From Verrucomicrobiales bacterium (GTDB lineage: Bacteria > Verrucomicrobiota > Verrucomicrobiia > Verrucomicrobiales > V1-33): a stretch of 64,000 nucleotides of DNA. The DNA is taken from positions 32,001 to 96,000 of the forward strand of contig JANOAV010000083.1 in assembly GCA_031411295.1 (NCBI GenBank), written 5' to 3'. Positions 1 through 8,359 of the stretch are shown here, piece by piece. Under the pieces are notes generated by a model that worked only from the letters and a program-made list of their open reading frames with translations, had not been told where the DNA came from and made no database searches. The position numbers were made by a program, and so were the translations under genes. The first letter of the stretch is position 1; every line of letters begins with the position of its first letter.

Positions 1-321
1 GCCTTCGATCTCGTCAATCCGCTGAGCTATCGCGGAACCGAGGCCGTGGGAAAACGGGCGGCGGAATGGTTCTCTTCGTGGCAAGGCGCGTTCGACTACG
101 AGATTCACGACCTCAGCGTGGCGGTCAGCGGTGCCACGGCCTTTGGTCATAGCCTCAACCATGTCAACGGAACGACGACCGACGGACAGCCCGTCGATAT
201 GTCGTGGCGGGCGACTATCTGCTGCCAACGCATTGAGGGCAAATGGCTGATTACGCATCAGCACAGTTCTGTGCCTTTCGACATGGAGAGCGGCAAGGCG
301 TCTCTCGACACTAAACCATAG
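1..321 (+). CDS. SnoaL-like/NTF2-family (YybH-like) protein, 5' partial
   Basis: Frame open from base 1 (AFDLVNPL...); C-terminal RATICCQRIEGKWLITHQHSSVPFD typical of SnoaL_3 proteins. Confidence 0.8.
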   Translation, partial: AFDLVNPLSYRGTEAVGKRAAEWFSSWQGAFDYEIHDLSVAVSGATAFGHSLNHVNGTTTDGQPVDMSWRATICCQRIEGKWLITHQHSSVPFDMESGKASLDTKP

Positions 322-379
322 GAACTCTCAATGCCGGCACTTCCCGATCATTCCAACCACGCCAACGAGAATTCTAATT

Positions 380-1462
380 ATGAGCAGTGAAATACCTAAA
401 GTTCGCACCGGACAAGGTTCTACCAAATTATCTCGCGAAGAGTTCGAGCACCGCTACCGGGCGCAGTTTGTGGATCCCGCTTTTGACGCAGCGAAGCCAG
501 AAGTCGAGCGACTGACGGGCATCGCGTGGGAGGCTTATGCCGACAGTCGCAAAAGCCCGCACACGCGAAAAGCCGGACCGGGGTTTGCCGATCCCGAGTT
601 CGAACTTTCGGTCGAATGGCTGGAGACGTGCGCGGCCATCCAGGCTGCGCAGCGGCGCTTCGAGGATCGCAGCGGCAAGTCGCGCATCCTGCTCATCTCC
701 GCTTCGCCACGCACCGATGAAACGTGCCCGAGCGAGATGGCGAAAACGTTCCGCGTCACGACCCAGTTGCGCGAATGCATTGAGAAGGAGGACGGCTTCG
801 AGGTGGACTTCCTCGACCTGAGCCAGATCAATTCCGAATATGGTCGCCACATTCATCCGTGCAAAGCGTGCGTCTCGACAGCCATGCCGCTCTGCCACTG
901 GCCGTGCTCGTGTTACCCGAATCACTACATGGGTCAGATTCACGATTGGATGAATGAACTGTATCCGCGTTGGGTTGCCGCGCATGGCGTGATGATCGTG
1001 ACGCCGGTCCACTGGTATCAAGCGCCGAGCGTGTTGAAGTTGATGATGGATCGCCTCGTCTGCGCGGACGGTGGCAATCCAGATCCAACGAGCACGCATG
1101 GCAAAGAGGCAGCGGAGGCTAAGGCTATCGAACTGAAGGGCTGGGATTTTCCGAGGCATCTCAAGGGTCGGATTTTTTCTGTGATTACACATGGCGACTC
1201 GTCTGGTATCGAAAGTCTGCGGCGCAACCTGCACGACTGGCTGACGGATATGGAACTCGTGCCCGCCGGAGCTGCGGCGGTCTTTGATCGCTTCATCGGC
1301 TACTACGAGCCGTATGCTACTAGCCATGAGGCGCTGGATCGGGACACAGCCTTCATGGTGGAAGCGACGAACGCTGTGCTGACGCTGATAGCTGCCGTAA
1401 CGGAAATGCGCAAAGGCCGCCAGCCGCCAGGCGACGATCTCGAATCGCCACGCCCGAAATAA
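380..1462 (+). CDS. Flavodoxin-like / NADPH-dependent FMN reductase family protein
   Basis: ISASPR, IHPCKACVS..CHWPCSC Cys cluster, TPVHWY, LKLMMDRL motifs. Confidence 0.8.
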   Translation: MSSEIPKVRTGQGSTKLSREEFEHRYRAQFVDPAFDAAKPEVERLTGIAWEAYADSRKSPHTRKAGPGFADPEFELSVEWLETCAAIQAAQRRFEDRSGKSRILLISASPRTDETCPSEMAKTFRVTTQLRECIEKEDGFEVDFLDLSQINSEYGRHIHPCKACVSTAMPLCHWPCSCYPNHYMGQIHDWMNELYPRWVAAHGVMIVTPVHWYQAPSVLKLMMDRLVCADGGNPDPTSTHGKEAAEAKAIELKGWDFPRHLKGRIFSVITHGDSSGIESLRRNLHDWLTDMELVPAGAAAVFDRFIGYYEPYATSHEALDRDTAFMVEATNAVLTLIAAVTEMRKGRQPPGDDLESPRPK

Positions 1463-1478
1463 CAAAAACGTAAACTTT

Positions 1479-2177
1479 ATGAACCCACACACCGAACCAC
1501 AGCCGCTGGCGGAGAATCTCTGGCTGCTCGCCTATCCCTTGAAAATGCTGGGCGCTGACTTGCGGCGCAACGTTACAATCATCCGCCTCCACTCAGGAAA
1601 GCTGGTGATTCACTCCACGGCTCCGTTTACTCAAGAGGACGTGACGGCCATCCGCGCACTGGGCGAACCTGGTTGGCTACTGGACGGCATTTTGCGGCAT
1701 GACACTTTTGCCAAGGAAGGGCGAGCGGCGTTTCCGGGCATTCCATATCTTGCTCCAGAGGGATTTTCGGAAGTGGTCGGATTCCCCACTGAGCTGATGG
1801 TGCCAGTGCCAGTCGAGTGGGGCGACGAGCTTTTGGCTTTGGAAATTCAGGGCGCACCGGTGGCCCGTGATACTGCGCTGCTGCATGTGCCATCGCGCAC
1901 GTTGATCCTCACCGAGCTGGTCTTCAATTTCGGAGACCACGAGCCGCTCTGGACGGAGTTGCTGCTGCGCGTTGCCGTGGGTGGCCAGCATCATCCGGGA
2001 ATGTCGCGCCCGTTCAAGGCAGGGGTGAAGGACGAGGCTGCATTCCAGAGTTCGCTGGCTGCGATCTTTGCCTGGGATTTCGACCGGGTCATCGTCGGAC
2101 ACGGTGATGTCATTAATTTCGACGGCAAAGCAAAGCTGCGCGCGTCCCTGGCAGCAGCGGGATTTGCACCCGCATGA
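1479..2177 (+). CDS. DUF4336-like metallo-beta-lactamase-fold protein
   Basis: TIIRLHSGKLVIHS, LHVPSRTLILTELVFN, WDFDRVIVGHGD. Confidence 0.75.
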   Translation: MNPHTEPQPLAENLWLLAYPLKMLGADLRRNVTIIRLHSGKLVIHSTAPFTQEDVTAIRALGEPGWLLDGILRHDTFAKEGRAAFPGIPYLAPEGFSEVVGFPTELMVPVPVEWGDELLALEIQGAPVARDTALLHVPSRTLILTELVFNFGDHEPLWTELLLRVAVGGQHHPGMSRPFKAGVKDEAAFQSSLAAIFAWDFDRVIVGHGDVINFDGKAKLRASLAAAGFAPA

Positions 2178-2196
2178 CCACACTGATGTTATCCCC

Positions 2197-4062
2197 ATGA
2201 CTGCATCCGCATCTCCTCCGCGCCATCGTCGCCTTCGCTTGGCTCTCGTTAGTCTGGCGGTTATCTGGGCCATTGGCTGGGTGGCGTATCATGCGCTGTT
2301 AAGTGCCGGGCAGAAGAAATTGAGAGAACAACTGGCCGCGCGCGGGCTTAGCCTGGAAAGCCGCAGCGAGTCGTGGTCATTCTTGGGCGGCATCGTTCTC
2401 AAGGACGCCGCCTTGCGCCACGTTGATGGTGTTCATCAGCCATTGGTCGAGCTTAGCGCGCTGCATGTGGGCGTGCTCTGGGGGGAGTTGTTGCATGAGC
2501 ACAAGGTCGCCACGCGCTGGCAGTCGGATGATGCTGCGCTGTCGCTGACGGATGCCGACGGGGCCCTCAGCATCGAGCATTTCACCCTTGATTGCGAAGT
2601 GCGCGGCAACACCATTGCAATCACCCGTCTCGAAGCGAATCACGACGCGCTGCGGTTCGTGCTCTCTGGGCAGATCATCACCACTGCCGATACGAACGAG
2701 CCACCTGGACCCATCGCACTCGACTTGAAACCTCTGCGTGCGGTGTTCGCAGCGATCGGCATGAAGGCAGGCACTGGGTCATTCACTATCGAGGGCGATT
2801 TGGCAATGGATTTAAGCCAGACGCCGTCCACTTGGAAAGCATCGTTGCAGGGCACGGGCAAGCAAGTCGAATGGCGCGGGCTGCCGTTGCAGGAAGTCGA
2901 ACTGAAGGCACAACTTGCAGATACGGGACTCGTGTTGACTGGCGACGTCAAATTTACGAAAGGTTCGGCCACACTTGCTCTGAATCGCGATGGTTGGCAG
3001 ACTGAACCGCTGTTGTTGGAAGGAACGCTGACCGATGATTCCGGGCACAGCGATTCCTTCAAAGGCAGGCACCTCGGAGACAAGGGAACCCTGACTATCG
3101 CCCGTCTGGAGGGGAATGCGAACCTGCTGGAACTGGCGCACAATGTGCCGGACATCGCAGCGCAACTGCCTGCCAATGTCCACGTCACGACGTTTCCCGA
3201 TCTCGCGGTCACTGGCTTCGTGCTGCACATTGGCGGCAAGGAGACGGACTGGTCGCTCGCTGGCCTGCAATTGCGCAGCCCGGCAGCGCTCGACGTGGTA
3301 GTGCGGGAGCATCCGGTGAACATTGATGAACTGACCGGCCACCTGTCTTATGACCAACACAGCTTCCACATGGAAGGCGTGAAAGGCCGTCTGCTCGGCG
3401 GCCAGTTCGCCCTAGCCGCCATTTACGACGGCAGCAAGCTCAGCGATGCTGACATCAGCATTCGCGAGGTGCATCTTGCCCAGTTGTCCCCCTGGGTTGG
3501 CAAGCTGCGCAGCGGTCTTGACGACTCGGAACTCTCGCTCACTTACCAAGGAGCGATCTGTAACGAACCGATCCATTCCACCGGCGGCGGCTCCTTGGCG
3601 CTGACGCATACGCCCGTGGTCCATGTCCCGCTGCTGGACCAAGCCTACTTCTTGTTTCCCAAAGTCATACCGCGCGAGCATCCCGAAGGCATGGGTGAGG
3701 TGGCGGTCGATTTCTCCATGACGAAGGGTATCGCAACGATTGAGAAAATGAAGGCGCTTGGGCAGTCTGTCGTGGTCACTGCCAGCGGCAAGGTGGACTT
3801 GAACCATCGTCAGGTCGATGGCACTGCCCGCGCCAACTTGCGCGGCATAGCCGGAGTCGCCCTGTCACCAGTCAGTGTGGTGCTGTTGGAGATGAAGGTG
3901 AGCGGCCCATTTGAGGACATCAGCGTGTCACCGCTGGGCGCTTTTGGCGCGGCCAAGACCGTGGTTACAGGCTCCGCGAAACTCAGCACTGGTGTGCTGC
4001 GAGAAGGATTGTCATTGCCCTTCGAAGCACTCGGCATGTTCCGAAAAGAAAAGCAGCGCTGA
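2197..4062 (+). CDS. AsmA-like membrane-anchored protein
   Basis: N-terminal TM anchor, long beta-rich body, AsmA-like C-terminus (ASGKVDL...VSGPFEDISV); ATG 2197 preferred over upstream starts that overlap the previous gene. Confidence 0.6.
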   Translation: MTASASPPRHRRLRLALVSLAVIWAIGWVAYHALLSAGQKKLREQLAARGLSLESRSESWSFLGGIVLKDAALRHVDGVHQPLVELSALHVGVLWGELLHEHKVATRWQSDDAALSLTDADGALSIEHFTLDCEVRGNTIAITRLEANHDALRFVLSGQIITTADTNEPPGPIALDLKPLRAVFAAIGMKAGTGSFTIEGDLAMDLSQTPSTWKASLQGTGKQVEWRGLPLQEVELKAQLADTGLVLTGDVKFTKGSATLALNRDGWQTEPLLLEGTLTDDSGHSDSFKGRHLGDKGTLTIARLEGNANLLELAHNVPDIAAQLPANVHVTTFPDLAVTGFVLHIGGKETDWSLAGLQLRSPAALDVVVREHPVNIDELTGHLSYDQHSFHMEGVKGRLLGGQFALAAIYDGSKLSDADISIREVHLAQLSPWVGKLRSGLDDSELSLTYQGAICNEPIHSTGGGSLALTHTPVVHVPLLDQAYFLFPKVIPREHPEGMGEVAVDFSMTKGIATIEKMKALGQSVVVTASGKVDLNHRQVDGTARANLRGIAGVALSPVSVVLLEMKVSGPFEDISVSPLGAFGAAKTVVTGSAKLSTGVLREGLSLPFEALGMFRKEKQR

Positions 4063-4270
4063 TGGTGCCGGAGCTTTCGGCACGAATGGTGCCGCCGTGG
4101 AGATGAGCGCTTGGCAAATAGGGAGTCCGGGCCCCGAGGCCTCCGAACTTCCCTTCAGCACGTTCCAGAGCACTTTCCTGCCCGATTACCTGCGGGCAGC
4201 AAATGGAGCACACCTGCTGCACAGCTCCATTGAGATCCAGCGGTTCGATGCGCAGTTCCAGCTTGCCGCT
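4063..4270 (-). pseudogene. Internally deleted remnant of a hybrid histidine kinase (HisKA/HATPase pieces)
   Basis: DNA blocks match the 50802-54101 and 8360-11488 kinases (SGKLELRIEPLDL, VCSICCPQVIGQE, VLWNVL, HGGTIRAES) with deletions and frameshifts. Confidence 0.75.
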
Positions 4271-4361
4271 CTTTTGGAGAATAGCAAGGTCCGGAGCGAC
4301 GTCGCACTGGCGAGATGATGCTTAATGGTTTAGGGAGAGGATATGGCATCTCCTATCAGGC

Positions 4362-4432
4362 AAACAGATGGCGGAACACGTTAGGCGCGAGGACTTGATC
4401 CTCACGGTCTAGCAACGACCCGCCATCTGTTT
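4362..4432. terminator. Long imperfect hairpin between convergent genes; probable terminator
   Basis: AAACAGATGGCGG (4362-4374) pairs with CCGCCATCTGTTT (4420-4432); inner GAGGA/TCCTC stem. Confidence 0.5.
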
Positions 4433-4462
4433 AAACCTGCGCGGAGAGTGAAGGGTTGAGGC

Positions 4463-4762
4463 CTAGCGGCGGTTGATTAACCCTGTGACGAGGGCTCCTG
4501 CGAGGGCTCCGAGTCCGAAGGCGATGCCAGCGGAATAGAAGGGATTGTCCCGGACAGCGTCGCCCGTAGCTTTGGCACCTTCGACGGCTTTATCCCGAAC
4601 GATGGCCGCCAAGTCTTTGCCACTTTCCACAGCGGAGTTGAGACCTTGACGTGCGGAGTCGACTTTCTCTCCAACATAGTTAGCGGCGGTGTGGGCCACG
4701 GAACGGACGTCGTCGGCAAGGGCTCCAATTTCGCGTTTAGGATCAAGGGTGGATGTATTCAT
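4463..4762 (-). CDS. DUF883 / ElaB-YqjD family protein
   Basis: C-terminal AVRDNPFYSAGIAFGLGALAG TM tail after Ala-rich helix. Confidence 0.8.
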   Translation of the reverse strand: MNTSTLDPKREIGALADDVRSVAHTAANYVGEKVDSARQGLNSAVESGKDLAAIVRDKAVEGAKATGDAVRDNPFYSAGIAFGLGALAGALVTGLINRR

Positions 4763-4846
4763 GGTATTGATGTGTGTTAGTTGTTGTGATGATAGAACAG
4801 AAAATGTGTTCAGGGCGCATTATCCATGCAGTGGGAGAGGCAGCCA

Positions 4847-4863
4847 ATGGGGTCTTCTCCTAC
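4847..4863 (-). promoter_or_regulatory. Regulon box GTAGGAGAAGACCCCAT, -10-like GATAAT 22 bp downstream
   Basis: Recurrent motif, upstream of DUF883 gene. Confidence 0.65.
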
Positions 4864-5315
4864 TCCTGAGGGCGTGCTCACCACCCGCCAGCCTTCCGAC
4901 GTAGTGATGATTAGTTAGGAATCACAAGCAACCAATGGTTATAACTCTCAGCCAGAATGCTGTAGATTGCTCTGGAGGACTCCACGATCTCTTGGTCCCG
5001 CTTGCTGGGGTCAGAACTTGTGGAACTGTTGCGCTTGCTATCATCGAAGATTTTAAGCATGGAGGAATGATCGTTGTGGGGGGGGGGGCGATCCTGCAAC
5101 CGTGCGATGATCACCTGAAGTCTGGCGGAGATTGCTTTGCCGATCTCAATTCCGTCTGGTAGTGCCTGCTATAAGGTTTCGCTGCCTGCGGCTGCACGCC
5201 AGTCGGCAAGGAGAGCGAGTAGCTCTGTCTCCGCTTATAAGGAGATCGCAAATTGGCCTTAGCAACGTGGGGAATTGGTGCTGTGCGTCATTATCTCATG
5301 GGTTGAAACTTATGA

Positions 5316-6254
5316 TCAGACGGTAGGTCCGCTCGCTTTGCAGTGATGGCGACCCGCGCATAGAGCACCGTGTGTGCCGCCATAAGCTGCGGCTACCGCT
5401 CCGAGCACAAAGGCTGCGAAATAGCAGAGGGAAAGCACCGCTAGCACATTAGCGGACTCTTCTGCCTTTGCTTTGGTCTTTTCCTCCAGCGCCTTCATGG
5501 CTGCCTCGGCGTCCGTCTTCACAGTTTGGTAGGAGACCATCCAGCCTTCCACCATCCGGGCGGCGTCTGGCTCGGTCATGCCTTGATTCTGCACAAGGAG
5601 AGCAATCACGGTCTTCTTGTTATTATCCAGGGCACTGTCCTCTCCGGTGAACAGTTTTGTGACCGCATAAGTCAGATCTCGTTTAGCGCGAATTCCATCC
5701 GCTACGGATCTGCCTGGGGGTGGCACACTCAGTCCTTCCTCCGTGTAACTACCGAACATTGTCTTGTTATTATCAGCTGTGTTCTTGGCTACTTCCGCTG
5801 CGCCATCTACGGCTGGTTTCACCGCCATGGATAAACCACCACCGACCATTTTGCCCAGTCCTCCTAGAGCCCAGCCTGCACTCGTGGTGAGCATAGCCAC
5901 TGCCACAACAGTCCCCACGCACCAAACCATGAAGCCATGCAATCGCCCGGCTCTTTCACCAGCATTTCTCAGGAAACGGCCTGCGATCCAACCTCCTGCC
6001 CACAAGGATAAAACGGCGGTGATACCCTGAACGACAGCCGCCCCAGTTCCGAAACTGGCGATGGCATGGTCATTCGTGGTCGGAGTGAACATCGCCAAGC
6101 CCAAGCCAGCGCCCAGCATCATCAAAACGATTTGGATGGCGAGGGTGGCGGTGGTTCCAGCCAGGATAGCGCGCCAGCTGATTTTAGACGCGCAGGGCGG
6201 GACTTGTTTGGTTGCGGTTCGAGAAATGGAAACGGGTATGGACGTGCTTTGCAT
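5316..6254 (-). CDS. Conserved multi-pass membrane protein (ISWxAIxAG family)
   Basis: ISWRAILAG start, 3 N-terminal TMs, soluble loop, C-terminal TM. Confidence 0.7.
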   Translation of the reverse strand: MQSTSIPVSISRTATKQVPPCASKISWRAILAGTTATLAIQIVLMMLGAGLGLAMFTPTTNDHAIASFGTGAAVVQGITAVLSLWAGGWIAGRFLRNAGERAGRLHGFMVWCVGTVVAVAMLTTSAGWALGGLGKMVGGGLSMAVKPAVDGAAEVAKNTADNNKTMFGSYTEEGLSVPPPGRSVADGIRAKRDLTYAVTKLFTGEDSALDNNKKTVIALLVQNQGMTEPDAARMVEGWMVSYQTVKTDAEAAMKALEEKTKAKAEESANVLAVLSLCYFAAFVLGAVAAAYGGTHGALCAGRHHCKASGPTV

Positions 6255-6299
6255 GGTAAGTAAATGTTAAGATTTGCTTTAGGACCGGGTTGTTAGTGA

Positions 6300-6824
6300 C
6301 TATTCGTCATCGGTATCGCTCCCGACTCCAGTGGCATACAGTTCGCCCATGGCTTCTTGATTTTTCTCGAGCGCCAAATCGGTCAAAATGTCGTTGGTGG
6401 CTTTTTCTTCCTCAAGGATTTCGCTGATCAGTTCAGCGGCACTTTCGTTTTCCAACAGCAAGGCCCAGGCGTGCAGGGTGCCGTAGGAGGCGATCTCATA
6501 GTGCTCAACCTTTTGGGCGGCTGAGATCAGGGCGGCATTCAGGGCAATGCTTCCATCAAAGTCCGAAATCAAGGTCTCCGCCTCCTCCAAGAGTCCGACG
6601 GTGGCTTTGCAAGTAACTGCTTTTGGAGACCATCCGAAACACTCGAACACTCCCTCAAGATTCTCAATGTGCCCTTCTGTTTCGAGGAGATGATTTTCAA
6701 ATGCTGCCTGTAATTTCTTGCAGGTGGCGGCTTTAGTCATTTTTGGTAGAGCCTTGGCGATGCGTTTTTCAGCATCATACATGTCTTTAAGTTGGGATTG
6801 AAAAAGTTCGATTAATGTTTTCAT
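6300..6824 (-). CDS. yciF: YciE/YciF ferritin-like protein (DUF892)
   Basis: LKDMYDAEK, HLLETEGHIENLE, AAQKVEHYEIASYGTL. Confidence 0.9.
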   Translation of the reverse strand: MKTLIELFQSQLKDMYDAEKRIAKALPKMTKAATCKKLQAAFENHLLETEGHIENLEGVFECFGWSPKAVTCKATVGLLEEAETLISDFDGSIALNAALISAAQKVEHYEIASYGTLHAWALLLENESAAELISEILEEEKATNDILTDLALEKNQEAMGELYATGVGSDTDDE

Positions 6825-6907
6825 TTCAGATTGTATTTTGGTTATGTTGAGTCCTGGACCTGATGGCTTTTGGATTTTCCAGCATACAGCGTGAGCCCGC
6901 TTTGTTT

Positions 6908-6924
6908 ATGGGGTCTATCCCCAC
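6908..6924 (-). promoter_or_regulatory. Regulon box GTGGGGATAGACCCCAT, -10-like TATGCT 21 bp downstream
   Basis: Recurrent motif upstream of yciF. Confidence 0.75.
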
Positions 6925-7010
6925 TGCGAGCGAGATTCCACTCAAACGGTAGCGGCACGGCCCACTTCAAATGCGGATTCCTGACGTGGCTGACCGTCTG
7001 CTGCTCCACA

Positions 7011-7027
7011 GCCGGGTTTCACCCCAT
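7011..7027 (+). promoter_or_regulatory. Regulon box GCCGGGTTTCACCCCAT, -10-like TAGTGT at 7050
   Basis: Recurrent motif upstream of csbD. Confidence 0.75.
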
Positions 7028-7107
7028 TGAGAAGTGAAGCTTTTGTGTGTAGTGTGCGCTCGCTGGTTGCAAAAGAAAATCAGCATAAAAACAAACTACC
7101 CACCCAC

Positions 7108-7311
7108 ATGACAACACTCGAAATCAAAGGCGACTGGAACATTATCAAAGGCACGCTCAAACAGAAGTGGGCTCAACTGACGGAAGATGATCTCCAATAC
7201 ACGGAAGGCAAGGCGGAGGAAATGATCGGCCGAATCCAAAAGCGAACTGGGGAGACCCGTGAAGCGGTGGAAGCAGCCCTCAAGGGATCCGGCAAGGATT
7301 GCAACTGCTAA
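7108..7311 (+). CDS. CsbD family general stress protein
   Basis: IKGDWNIIKGTLKQKWAQLTEDDL...GRIQKRTG. Confidence 0.9.
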   Translation: MTTLEIKGDWNIIKGTLKQKWAQLTEDDLQYTEGKAEEMIGRIQKRTGETREAVEAALKGSGKDCNC

Positions 7312-7460
7312 GCACGCGTGGCTCGGGAATCGCCATCGGGCGATTTCCGGGGTTACGTTTTCCAAGAAGGCGACGCTTGTCTCAAGGCACTAGGGCAGGG
7401 AACGGCCCGATTACTTGGGGTTCTGCAACTACCTCCTTTGAAGTCCATTTTGACTTTCCC

Positions 7461-7646
7461 ATGAAAAAGAAAACCATACCATCACCCAAGAAACCGCTCA
7501 CGCCAGCCAAGCAGAAGATTGCGCAGGTGATGCATGAGTTCAAAGAAGGAGAACTTCACTCCGGCAAGACCGACAAAGTGGTCACGAACCCAAAACAAGC
7601 GATCGCCATTGCGCTTAGTGAGGCTGAACAGCTCATGCAGTCTTGA
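7461..7646 (+). CDS. DUF6496-like small stress protein
   Basis: KIAQVMHEFKEGELHSGK...NPKQAIAIALSEA. Confidence 0.8.
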   Translation: MKKKTIPSPKKPLTPAKQKIAQVMHEFKEGELHSGKTDKVVTNPKQAIAIALSEAEQLMQS

Positions 7647-7714
7647 GTGTCACTGCGCAGGCTCGATACCGGCGCAATCCCCGATATCCGCCCAACTGAG
7701 GAACCAATTTCGAC

Positions 7715-8344
7715 ATGTTGCCTGAGAATAAAAAATCCACCGTCCACGGATCTGGAGAGGCGACTGCCTGCCAGATGCCCAGCGCCGATAGCGCGCAGGT
7801 GAGCGAGAATATCAGCGCTGTGCACGAGTTTTATGCGCGCGAAGAACTCAAACGCAGCGCCTCACAGCGACATGCTGAGAACATCGGTAGCTTCGTAGGG
7901 CGGCCTGCGTTTCTGGTCGTTATCCTGCTGTTCGTGGTCCTATGGATCGGTATCAACTTGGCTCTGCACCGCTGGGGTCGGCCCATGTTCGACGAACCGC
8001 CTTTTGTTGGGCTGCACGGCATCTTGGAGCTGGCTGCGCTGCTGACCACGGTCGTGGTATTGATCAAACAATATCGAATCTCCAAACTCAGTGAACAACG
8101 CGATCATCTGGATTTGAAGGTGACGCTGTTGATCGAACAAAAGACTGCCAAGCTGATTGACCTGATGGAGGAGTTGCGGCGTGACCTGCCCAACGTGAAA
8201 AAAAGACTCGACTCAGGTGCTGCCGTTCTGCAACAGGCGATGAGCCCCGAACGCGTGCTGGCGGCCTTGGACGAAGAAGTCATCGCTCCCGACGGTTCGA
8301 TCTCGGCTTCAACGGCTGCTGCACCTGCTTTGGAGGTGCGTTAG
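7715..8344 (+). CDS. DUF1003 membrane protein
   Basis: Two TMs flanking FDEPPF, EQKTAKLIDLMEELRRDLP. Confidence 0.75.
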   Translation: MLPENKKSTVHGSGEATACQMPSADSAQVSENISAVHEFYAREELKRSASQRHAENIGSFVGRPAFLVVILLFVVLWIGINLALHRWGRPMFDEPPFVGLHGILELAALLTTVVVLIKQYRISKLSEQRDHLDLKVTLLIEQKTAKLIDLMEELRRDLPNVKKRLDSGAAVLQQAMSPERVLAALDEEVIAPDGSISASTAAAPALEVR

Positions 8345-8359
8345 GTTCGGCGCGCTTGG

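Noticed and set aside
428..1492. Long antisense or alternate-frame ORFs (also 8559-9749, 51058-52221, 52545-53705)
   Set aside because: Shadows of well-supported genes in GC-rich coding DNA; no recognisable motifs.
7395..7411. GCAGGGAACGGCCCGAT as a box for the DUF6496-like gene
   Set aside because: Core mismatches and no -10 at 21-22 bp. The 47065-47081 site and coding-region ACCCCAT hits (near 10930 and 22178) were likewise not counted.
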